DNA of 64,000 nt, taken from NCBI GenBank assembly GCA_963706785.1, contig CAVPNJ010000012.1:19253-83252 (forward strand), read 5' to 3'. Position numbers and translations under genes: made by a program. The DNA is from an uncultured beta proteobacterium (GTDB lineage: Bacteria; Pseudomonadota; Gammaproteobacteria; Burkholderiales; Burkholderiaceae_B). The notes under the pieces were generated by a model, which did not search any database, had not been told where the DNA came from, and worked only from the letters and a program-made list of their open reading frames with translations. Positions 10,784-19,909 of this stretch are shown here, piece after piece (the first letter of the stretch is position 1; every line of letters begins with the position of its first letter).

Positions 10784-11031
10784 AGAAATCGAAGCCCTTT
10801 GGGAGACAAGTTTGGCATTGTGACCTTAACACTCATGTGAATCATCCGCCAAGCATTTGATGTACTAGGAAACGACCTTGAAGCCATCGTATTCGGTGAG
10901 AATGGCTTGCTTTGCACAGGGGGAAGTTCTAGACTGACCGAACGGCTAGCTGCACATTCGATACCCCAACGCCTGCTGATGGAACTCTATTTTCTGGATA
11001 GTCAACGCGTTCATTCTTGATGGGGAATGCC

Positions 11032-12012
11032 ATGTTTAACGGAACGCCCCGGGTCACCTGCACGGCCCTCATTGCAGCTTTTCTGTTAATTGGCGTTGGC
11101 CATGCCGCTGAAAGCTCCCGTCCCGCTTCGGTTAAAAATTTCGCGGCTTCAAGCGGTGCGCAGAACCAAGATCGCCCCCGGACGCTGCGCATGCCACAGG
11201 GCTCTGTTCCTGAGGGTATTGCAATCAAGGGTTCCATCGCCTACGTCACCTCGCTTTCCAGCGGGGCGGTGTATAAGCTCAACCTTGCGACGGGTGCGCA
11301 TGAGGTGTTGAATCCCGGAAAAAGCGACAGTGCCGCTGGGATTATGCTCGATGATCGCGGACGCCTATTTGTTGCCGGAGCCACGGGCGGATCGGTACAG
11401 GTAATCGACTCGAACAGCGGAGAGACACTTGCCAACTATAAGGTTGCGAGTGGTAAAAAGAGCTTCGTCAATGATGTCGCCCGGCTCGGCGATGCCGTCT
11501 ATGCTACGGACTCATTCGTACCCGTGATCTACAAGTTGCCGCTCGGAGAAGCGGGAGCGTTACCGGTACAAGCCGATATACAAACTATTCCCCTGACGGG
11601 CGTCACCTACGTTGAGGGTTTCAACGCTAACGGCATTTCGACAACCCCTGACGGTAAAGCGCTACTTATCATACAAACCAACACTGGCGCCTTGTTTCGC
11701 GTGGATCCGGCCAGCGGCGCCGTTACGCCCGTCGATATAGGCGCGACGGATTTAAAAGGGGGTGATGGCCTATTGCGGGAAGGCAAAACCCTATATGTTG
11801 TGCGCAATATACCCAATACCATCGCGGTCTTGGAAGTCGATGCGGCGGGAACTGTCGCGCGTTTAAAGACTGAACTGAAGGACCCGCGTTTCGACACGCC
11901 GACTGCGATTGCCCGTTCGGGTGATCGACTCTACCTTCCAAACGCACGCTTAACATTAAAGAATCCTGCGAATGCAGATTTCAACGTTACGGCTGTCTTA
12001 TACGAACCTTAA
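11032..12012 (+). CDS. secreted beta-propeller protein (SMP-30/NHL/strictosidine-synthase-like repeats)
   Basis: Signal peptide MFNGTPRVTCTALIAAFLLIGVGHA, followed by repeated GxxxD/V-strand blades (PEGIAIKGSIAYVTS, GIMLDDRGRLFVAG, NGISTTPDGKALLI). The start could also be 11020. Confidence 0.55.
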   Translation: MFNGTPRVTCTALIAAFLLIGVGHAAESSRPASVKNFAASSGAQNQDRPRTLRMPQGSVPEGIAIKGSIAYVTSLSSGAVYKLNLATGAHEVLNPGKSDSAAGIMLDDRGRLFVAGATGGSVQVIDSNSGETLANYKVASGKKSFVNDVARLGDAVYATDSFVPVIYKLPLGEAGALPVQADIQTIPLTGVTYVEGFNANGISTTPDGKALLIIQTNTGALFRVDPASGAVTPVDIGATDLKGGDGLLREGKTLYVVRNIPNTIAVLEVDAAGTVARLKTELKDPRFDTPTAIARSGDRLYLPNARLTLKNPANADFNVTAVLYEP

Positions 12013-12132
12013 TCTTGGCTTATAGCTGTCGCACATTCAGCGGGCCGCCCGGTCCAAACCCGTTGCTTACCGAGCAGCGCGACGGTCAATCCGACGGCTA
12101 CGCCTAAAGGTGGTCCGGACGAACTCAATATT

Positions 12133-13770
12133 TCAGTGCAAATCGGTATGTCCTGTATGTCCCTTCAAGGGCATATCGTCGCGCACCGGCACAGTTTGAC
12201 GTTCTATCATGCGATGAACCCGCGGCGGCTCGGCACCGCGGTGTAGCGATAGAAGTCGATCCGACAGACCGGCGTCGGCTTGAGTGCGCCGTTGATGGTG
12301 GCGCACATACTCGACCCAGGTAGGCACATGGTAGCTCTCGGTCCAGACTCTGGGGTTTTCAAGGTCTCGCAGAAGGGACCATTGCCGTGCACCATCGCGG
12401 ATTCGAATGCGCCGGCGTTGAGCCATTACAGAAAGAAAGGTCGGCACATCGTCTTGAGCAATTTCATAGTCCACCATGATCATGATGGGACCACTGCGCG
12501 GCTTCAGATCCAGCCGAAGTTCTGGTTCATGGAAGCGGTCTAGCGGATCGAGGTTCAATGAGCCAAATTCGGGCAGGGAAAAGCGCAGCCCTATCAGAGC
12601 CCCAAGAACGAGCACCACGCCAGAGACGATCAGCGCCGAATCAGCACCATGAACGTCTGCGACTCCGCCCCACAGCCAGCTGCCTGACGCCATGCCGCCA
12701 AACGTAGCCGTTTGATAAAGCGCAAGAGCGCGTCCCACGACCCATCGCGGGGTCGAAAGCTGTACCGTGACGTTGAAAAGCGACAAGGTCAGTACCCAGC
12801 ACGCTCCTGCCGGGATGATGGCCAGACAGCTTAGCCACATGTTACGGCTGAACGCGAGCACAACCACGCACACGGCAAAACCAAGGAAGGCAGCTCGCAC
12901 AATGGTCTCGTTACGCCAGCTTTCTCGAACCCGGGCGTTCAGCAGCGCGCCTGCGATCGCGCCCGCCCCGAAGCAGCCCAGCATGAACCCATAGGTAAAG
13001 GCGCCACCGCCGACGAAGTCTCTGGCGACCAATGGCAATAAAGCCAGGATGGAGATTGCCGCCAAGCCGAAAACGAAGCCGCGAAACAACACCTTTAATA
13101 GGTTGGGTGACATCGCGATATAGCGCAGGCCTGCGGAGATCGCGCTGCCGAAGTCTTCCCGTGGCAGGCTGCGCGCCGGGCGCAGTGTTTTCCATCGTAC
13201 GAGTGCCAAGATAAGTGGTATGTAGCTGATGGCATTCAACGCGAACGCAAATGCGGCTCCAGCCAAGGCAACGATCAGGCCGCCGATGGCCGGGCCGACG
13301 CTGCGCATGAGGTTGTAGCTCATGGAGTTCAGCGATACGGCTCCGGGCAAATCCTCGCGCGGAACGAGGTCTCCCATGGACGCCTGCCAGGACGGATTAT
13401 GCAGCGCCGTGCCGCAGCCTATAAAGAAGGTGAAGGCCAACAATAGCCACGGGGACAGCAGACCGGCGATGGCGAAGATGGCAAGGCCAGCTGAAACCAC
13501 CATCATGATGACCTGTGCGGTTAGCATGATGTTGCGGCGGTCGAAATTATCAGCTAGCGCACCCGCTGCCAGCGAGAAAATCATGATGGGCAGCGTGGTT
13601 GCCGCCTGCACGAGGGCCACCATGCCGTCCGAATCCGAAATTGTTGTCATGAGCCAGCCGGCTCCGACTGCTTGCACCAGGCCGCCCAGATTAGACGCAA
13701 GTGTCGCAGTCCATAACGCGCGGAAGCTGGCGTGTCGAAACGGGGCTAAGGGTGACGCTCGTTGGGGCAC
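12133..13770 (-). CDS. MFS transporter (EntS/MFS_3-like) with about 135-aa C-terminal soluble extension
   Basis: 545 aa. N-terminal FRALWTATLASNLGGLVQAVGAGWLM and 12 hydrophobic segments, then a non-membrane tail (IMIMVDYEIAQDDVPTFLSVMAQRRRIRIRDGARQW...). Confidence 0.8.
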   Translation of the reverse strand: MPQRASPLAPFRHASFRALWTATLASNLGGLVQAVGAGWLMTTISDSDGMVALVQAATTLPIMIFSLAAGALADNFDRRNIMLTAQVIMMVVSAGLAIFAIAGLLSPWLLLAFTFFIGCGTALHNPSWQASMGDLVPREDLPGAVSLNSMSYNLMRSVGPAIGGLIVALAGAAFAFALNAISYIPLILALVRWKTLRPARSLPREDFGSAISAGLRYIAMSPNLLKVLFRGFVFGLAAISILALLPLVARDFVGGGAFTYGFMLGCFGAGAIAGALLNARVRESWRNETIVRAAFLGFAVCVVVLAFSRNMWLSCLAIIPAGACWVLTLSLFNVTVQLSTPRWVVGRALALYQTATFGGMASGSWLWGGVADVHGADSALIVSGVVLVLGALIGLRFSLPEFGSLNLDPLDRFHEPELRLDLKPRSGPIMIMVDYEIAQDDVPTFLSVMAQRRRIRIRDGARQWSLLRDLENPRVWTESYHVPTWVEYVRHHQRRTQADAGLSDRLLSLHRGAEPPRVHRMIERQTVPVRDDMPLKGHTGHTDLH

Positions 13771-13902
13771 CTCGGTATCTCCTGTGCAGGCCCGCTCGTT
13801 ACACGAAATTTATTGTAGCAGCAGAGCATCGAATTCATTTAGTATGCACGCCGGTGCACAAGGCCGCCATATAAGGACAATAAGCAGGCTTGAAGCGGCT
13901 TA

Positions 13903-14481
13903 TCAGCGTAGCAGTGCGTCCAGCGCATCAAGCTGTTTTTCCAGGGGAAGGCCGGCGTCCAAGACGGGCACTCGTCCATCCTGAACCGGTATGGGGCGTT
14001 TCAGCGCTTCAGCATAGGCAGTCCAGTTTTTCAACTTCCACTGATCGCGCGGGTCGGCCCTGCGGGCGATACGGTTCTTGCGCTCGGTAAGTGATAACTC
14101 GAGCCAGACATGACGCAGGCGAGTCGAAGATGGAAACCCTAGTGCCGAGGCAGAGAAAAGCGCAGACGAGGCTAGTTCCCGGCTCCAGGGTCCTGGAAAA
14201 GCCACGTTAAGTCCGATTTCGAGTTGGTCTTTCGCAATTCGCAGCGTCGTCAGATATTCTAGGTCGCGCACGTTTTCTTTGAACAAAGGGCTGTCGCGGT
14301 CATTAGGATCGGCCCCAAGCGCACGCAGCATGGGGCCCGACCAGCATTCGCTGACCACATCCTTGTCCAGCACGCACCAAGCGGATGCCTTGTCGCGCTG
14401 GCGCTGAAGAAAATGAGTGGTAAGGAAAGACTTGCCCGTTCCGGCGTGTCCCAGGATGAAAAGTGCAGTGGGTTCAGCCAT
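13903..14481 (-). CDS. P-loop NTPase / AAA_33-like kinase family protein
   Basis: 192 aa. Walker A motif ILGHAGTGKSFL near the N-terminus. Small kinase-like size. Confidence 0.6.
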   Translation of the reverse strand: MAEPTALFILGHAGTGKSFLTTHFLQRQRDKASAWCVLDKDVVSECWSGPMLRALGADPNDRDSPLFKENVRDLEYLTTLRIAKDQLEIGLNVAFPGPWSRELASSALFSASALGFPSSTRLRHVWLELSLTERKNRIARRADPRDQWKLKNWTAYAEALKRPIPVQDGRVPVLDAGLPLEKQLDALDALLR

Positions 14482-14733
14482 GTATGCATCCGCAGGTTAA
14501 AGAAAGAATGGTACCGCTTTGGAAACCAGATAAGCTAATGGAAATAAGTGCTCTGCAAAGCCATAGTCAGCCGTTAACCTAACGTCTCTCGGGAATAATA
14601 AAGATTCAATCATGTCGCAAGCAAAACATAGCAGGTACTGGTCGCAGGCGAAGGGCAAGGAAAGCCATGGCCTGTTTACTCCGGCAAGCAGACGCGGGTT
14701 GCCACCTGCCGATGCCACTTTAAGGGTCATGTC

Positions 14734-15600
14734 ATGACGGCCCTTTTAGCGATGCCTCTGGACCATTTGGTGATCAACACGAAATTCGAAACAGACTGCG
14801 CAGCGGAACTGTTCCGTGCGCTGGGCTTTACGCTCACACCGCAGGGCAGGCACCCCATGGGGTCGGTGAATCATCTGATGGTGTTCCAGGACGATTATCT
14901 GGAATTGATTGGCTTGCCGACCGATGGCGGCAAACTGCGTGAAGAGGTTTTGAATAACCCCGAAGGCATTGATGGACTGGTATTCAGGACCGACGATGCA
15001 GATCGAGTGCATGCATTGTTAACAGCCGCTGGCGAGTCATTGCAGCCTCTACATGCCTTTTCCCGCCCGGTCGAATTGGATGGTCGAAGGTTCGAAGCGA
15101 GTTTTCGTACAGTGCGGTTTCAGTCCGATCAGTTTGAAGCCGGACGCGTCTATTTCTGCCAGCACATTACGCCGGAATTGATCTGGCGTGAACCCTGGCA
15201 GACGCACGCCAATACGGTCAGCGGTTTGGCCGGTTTGCTGGTGGTCAGCGAACAGCCTGGGGTCGATGCACTGCGTTTTGCGAGCGTGGCTGGCGGCCAG
15301 GTGTCCGCACCGGGCGAGCATGGCGAATTGCGGATAGACGGTGCACGTTATTCCATTGTTGTGACGACTCCCGACCGACTATTTGCGCCGCTACGGCGAT
15401 CTTGCTTGCGATGCGCTGGGACGATCCAGTTTCTTTGGTGCCATCGCGCTTCGCGTCCAGGATCCGGAGGCCGTCAAACATGCTTTGGCAGCGCCACGAG
15501 ATGGCATGCGTCATCGACAGGTAGATGGACGCAGCGTAGTCAGCTCTGGCCCGGCTTTAATTCTTTACTGGACTTTCTGGACGGGAACGACTCATTTTAA
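14734..15600 (+). pseudogene. VOC/glyoxalase-like (Glyoxalase_3-type) protein with an internal out-of-frame segment
   Basis: The ORF is open for 288 codons. Between about 15385 and 15545, however, it reads as Arg/Cys/Trp-rich nonsense (RRSCLRCAGTIQFLWCHRASRPGSGG...). The +1 frame there reads like the family: RRYGDLACDALGRSSFFGAIALRVQDPEAVKHAL. The C-terminus then returns to the original frame (GFNSLLDFLDGNDSF). Confidence 0.55.
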
Positions 15601-15777
15601 AGCGACGACCTGGGTGGCTGAGGCTCGACGAAAACAGCCTTTGACCATGCACTTTGTCAAGCTCGCGCTTGTTGTTTGTTGAACACAAGCGACAGCGCGA
15701 AAGTGCATAAATTTCAGAGTAATATTAGGCGCTTCCCTGATGACGATTTTTGTACCTCTATCGAGAGGAATTCATTG

Positions 15778-16939
15778 ATGACCGTGGTAAGCGACCCTGC
15801 CAAGCTGCTATTTTGCGGAATACGGATCTCCGCCCGAACGGAACCTGAAACCCAGGCCGCGCAACAGCGTTTTATGGACTATCTCCAAGATATCGATCTT
15901 GATCGATATGTAGAATGTGGCCAGTGGGGTGAAAATAGCGCATCGGCCGTCGACATCAAACTAAAAGAAACCTACGCGCTCGATCTGACGCCTGATTTCG
16001 ACACGACGTTGTTGTGTCAGAAGCTGCGGCTGGATACTCAGGAATCTGTCGCTGATCTCGATCGCGAAATAGTGCTGGCCATGTTGGCTAGCCCTATCCA
16101 TTTCGAGTTCCCCAGCTTCGACGAACTTCTGTCTGCGCTAAGCGTTCGAAAAAACATCGTTCAGAACGCGCGCCGTACGGCACTGGCTTTCGACACCGAA
16201 CACGCAGAACGCCCCGAAGAGTTCTGGACTTACGATGTGGCACGCGGATTCACGCTCAAGCCCGGCAAGCCGTTGATTGAGGCACTGCAAAAAACCACGC
16301 AGCCCGACCGTTCAGGCAAGCTTTATTCATTCTCCTGCTACCGGGCGACGGAATACGTGATTCTTGTTGAGCATCGCTCAAGAGCTCGCCTGCTGCAACC
16401 CGGATCTTTTGCTGCAGTTGCAGCAGCAATGGGAAACGCGCGCCATTATGTCGGGCCAGTTCCATGAAGTATTTCTGCACGAATATGGTTCGATGGACGA
16501 ACCTTTGCCGCCGAAGTATTACGTGCCCGGCGACAGACTCTGGTTTCGCAATCCTGACGAACATTCCTCCAATGTCGAGGGCTACGAAGGCTCATGGGTG
16601 TTTTATCTGGGCGACGGACTGTTCACCAATTTCTGGAAGCGTGATCAGCCATTCACGCTAAGTACAAAGTGCGTCGAGCTCTTCCATTGGCGCAATGCCA
16701 CCTATCGCAATGGTGATGGCAAGCTGCAGATAGATGACGATCTCGTCGACGAGCGCGTGGCGCAGTCTCTGCAGGATCCAGCCGAAGTCGCGGGCATCGT
16801 CCAGCAAATGTTGCGGCTGCGCGATCCAGGGGGCGTCTATCTTGATGGTGGCTGCATTGACACCACGCGGGAATGCGTTAGGCGATTGCACCCCGCAACG
16901 GGTCAGCTGGCGTTCCCAGGAACAGCTTATAGAAAGTGA
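15778..16939 (+). pseudogene. orphan protein with possible papain-fold (NlpC/P60- or transglutaminase-like) thiol-enzyme features, one frameshift
   Basis: ATG 15778 is preceded by GAGAGGA. ORFs 15676-16467 and 16364-16939 join at ...KLYSFSCYRATEYVIL | LSIAQELACCNPD..., at a tt run (16364-16365). The downstream segment PGDRLWFRNPDEHSSNVEGYEGSWVFYLGDGLF resembles the GDLxFF...YxGxG hairpin of NlpC/P60-type enzymes. Confidence 0.45.
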
Positions 16940-17396
16940 TCGAGCAGGCGCCGGCTTGGCTTGTCAAGGCGCAGCATATCGCGTATCAGGAACTGAACGC
17001 CATGCGCATCCGCAATCAACAGCGTCGCGGACGATAGCCGGCGAATATCTTCTTCAGCTTTCAGCAGCAACACGGCGTCACCCCGGTCGGTTTCCACTTG
17101 CCATCGGCTGGGGGTGGCAAAGCCGGAGACGTGGCGGATGGCGCGTATTTCCGGTATGAATTCCCGGCTGGCCAGTTCTTCTTCCAGACGAGGCGTCGGG
17201 CGTCCTCCGGTAGATCTTGCAAACGGTCTATCCACAATAGTTCGGTACCGCCCGCACCCACCAGGGCGATACCGTCATCAGGCGCGGAAATCGGAAAGCT
17301 GCGCACCGGTGCGACCGTTTCGTAGACATCGTCACCCAGTTCCAGCACCAGGCGGCCGAACGGATCACGGCGAAGCCGAAAATCATCAGTGTTCAT
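16927..17396 (-). pseudogene. DUF1854-family protein (cyanophycin-metabolism-associated type), one frameshift
   Basis: ORFs 17061-17396 (MNTDDFRLRRDPFGRLVLELGDDVYETVAPVRSFPIS...LWIDRLQDLPEDARRLV) and 16927-17235 (...EEELASREFIPEIRAIRHVSGFATPSRWQVETDRGD...) join near 17190. The gene lies immediately downstream of the ABC gene. Confidence 0.65.
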
Positions 17397-17412
17397 TTAT
17401 TTATCGCTTTGA

Positions 17413-19695
17413 TCATGCAATGTTTTTATCGGCATCTTCGTCCCAGCTGTCGTCGCTGGAATCCTCAACTTCCTGTGCCAGTTGCGCCTGATAAAGCTTG
17501 AAGTAAGGACCATTGCGCGCCATGAGTTCGTCATGCTTGCCCACTTCGACAATTTCCGCCGCGATCCAATACAACCAGACGGTCGGCCTGATGCAAGCGT
17601 GCTGAGCCGGTGAGCAATCGAGATTGTCGTACGGCCGCGCACAAGATTGTCGAGTGCTTTCTGGATTTCTTTTTCCGTCGCCGTATCCACTGACGATGTG
17701 GCCTCATCGAGGATCAGGATGGGTGGATCGATAAGCAAGGCCCTGGCGATAGAGATACGCTGGCGCTCGCCGCCCGACAAGGCTCTGACCGCGCTCGCCG
17801 ACCAGCGAATCATAGCCGTGGGGCAAACGCAGGATGAATTCATGGGCATTAGCCGCCCGCGCGGCCGCAATGATCTCTTGGTGGCTGGCCTGTGGCATGC
17901 CGTAAGCAATGTTCTCGGCGATAGTGCCAAAAAACAGGAAAGGCTCTTGAAGAACCAGCCCAATATTGCGCCGGTATTCGGAAATCGGCAGGGATCGGAT
18001 GTCGACGCCATCAAGGCGTATGGACCCTTGCGATACATCATAGAAACGGCATATCAGGTTTACCAGGGTGCTCTTGCCCGAACCGCTATGGCCGACAAGG
18101 CCTATCATTTCGCCCGGCGCTATATCCAGGTCGATGCCGCGCATAACCGTGCGGTTGCCATACCGGAAGCCCACGTTGCGCAATTCAATGCGTCCCTTGC
18201 ACGTGCTCGATATGCACCGGCTTGGCCGCTTCCGGTACGCTGGAGACGTGATCCAGGATGTCGAAGATCCGTTTGGCGCCGGCCGCTGCCTTTTGCGTGA
18301 AGGAAACGATACGGCTCATGGAGTCCAGCCGGATGTAGAAGCGGCTGATGTAGGTAAGGAAGGCCGTCAGCACCCCTACTGTGATTTCGCTATCGGATAC
18401 CAGCCAAATTCCGAAGGCCCAGACAACAAGCAGCCCGATTTCTGTCAACAGCGTGACAGTCGGCGAGAACAGCGACCAGATCCGGTTGACTCGATCATTG
18501 ACGCCCAGATTGCGGTTATTCGCCTCGCGAAATCGTGCGACTTCGCGGTTTTCCTGGGCGAAGGCTTTGACCACGCGTATGCCCGGTATGGTGTCGGCCA
18601 GTACATTAGTAATCTCAGACCAGATCCGATCGACTTTTTCGAATCCCCGGCGCAGGCGATCACGCACCAGATGAATCAGCCAGGCGATGAAAGGCAGCGG
18701 AATCAGGGTAACCACAGCCAGCCACGGGTTGATGGAAATCAGGATCGCGGCAGTCATCGCAATCATCAGCACATCTGTGGCGAAATCAAGCAGATGCAAT
18801 GACAGAAATACGCAGATACGATCAGATTCCGAACCAATGCGGGCGATCAGGTCGCCGGTGCGCTTGCCGCCGTAATACTGTAAAGACAGCTTCTGCAGAT
18901 GTTCGTAGGTGGTGGTGCGCAAGTCTGCGCCAATACGCTCACTGACCCAGGCGAGAATGTAGGTGCGACCCCAGCCCAGCACCCACGCGAGCAGCGACGA
19001 TGCAAACAGAGCGCCCAGATAAATTCGGACCAGACTCCAGTCGATGGGCTTGCCGTTCTGGAAGGGAATCAACACCTTGTCCATCAGCGGCATGGTCAGA
19101 TAGGGCGCGACCAAAGCCGCGGCGGTAGAGGCCAGTGTAAGCAGAAAGCCCGTCAGCAATAGCAAGCGATAGGGTCTGGCGAATCGCCATAGTCGCAATA
19201 ATGCCCAGGTCGATGGCGGCGATTGAATGGCCGAGACGCTGTCGTGATGCGTTTCGACGTCGCGTGCAGGGGCTGCGACCATTCCCAGCTGTCAGGTCGC
19301 GCTGCCGATCAAAGCTGGCAATGAATCGCAGGGCGGCGCGTATTGTGCCCCAAGGTATAGCGCCAGACCGCCAGGCGCGACTTGCTATCGCGCAATTCCA
19401 GCGTACCGACGCCAGCATGATCATGGTGAGTCATGACAAGCCCGGGGCGGAACGCCCAGACTTGCCATTCGGTGTCATCGGTTTCTTTGCTTAACACCCG
19501 CTGATCGGTCACCACGAGCAAGCCGGGGGCGAAGCGCAAATGGGAATCCAGGTCGATCGTGAACCAGGAAATTATTGTTTCCCGGTCGTTAAGGACCTCG
19601 CTCAAGGACGCGCGCCAAGATTCCGGCAAGTCTTCGGCGACGTGACCAGTATCGGTTGTTTCTATATTCATTAGTTCTGCGTGACGTGTCGCCAA
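17413..19695 (-). pseudogene. fused permease/ATPase ABC exporter with N-terminal extra domain (cyanophycin-metabolism-associated type), about six frame disruptions
   Basis: The pieces are: 19309-19695 (N-terminal soluble domain); a short linker in a second frame; 18185-19282 (6-TM exporter domain); 17704-18183 (Walker A GHSGSGKST, Q-loop); 17397-18041 ([32 protein letters not shown]). The tail [12 protein letters not shown] | [25 protein letters not shown]... is in two further frames and ends at TGA 17413-17415. One junction, VQG|RIELRNVGFRY, sits at a ccc/ggg run (18194-18196). Confidence 0.75.
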
Positions 19696-19909
19696 GAGGG
19701 GGTGCTTATAAAAGTATGGGGCGCTATTGTCACGTTGAAGGGCCGTGCTATGTAAGGGGAAAGGCGTTTTTGTGTGGTTTTTTTGCGTCTGGCACTGTAA
19801 TTTTCATCTGTTTACGCAAGCTTGGCAAACACTAAGCACAATAATTGCCGTTAAATATGCCTCAGGTCCCTTTATATTTATCGTTCCTGCAACATCGGCT
19901 TCATTTCAG

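Noticed and set aside
14497-14730. 77-aa ORF in the divergent spacer between the P-loop NTPase and VOC genes
   Set aside because: I found no motif, no convincing ribosome-binding site, and an odd composition. It occupies a region expected to hold two promoters. Retained only as a remote possibility.
19790-19804. A second sigma-54-like -24 element (TGGCACTGTAATTTT) upstream of cphA'
   Set aside because: The -24 box is a perfect TGGCAC, but the -12 position reads TTTT instead of TTGC/GC. It does not satisfy the GG-N10-GC rule.
19745-19909. 55-codon N-terminal extension of the cphA' ORF (MLCKGKGVFVWFFCVWHCNF...)
   Set aside because: The sequence is unprotein-like and AT-rich, in what should be the divergent promoter region. 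The paralogous cphA aligns from MQKKNIEF (19910) onward.
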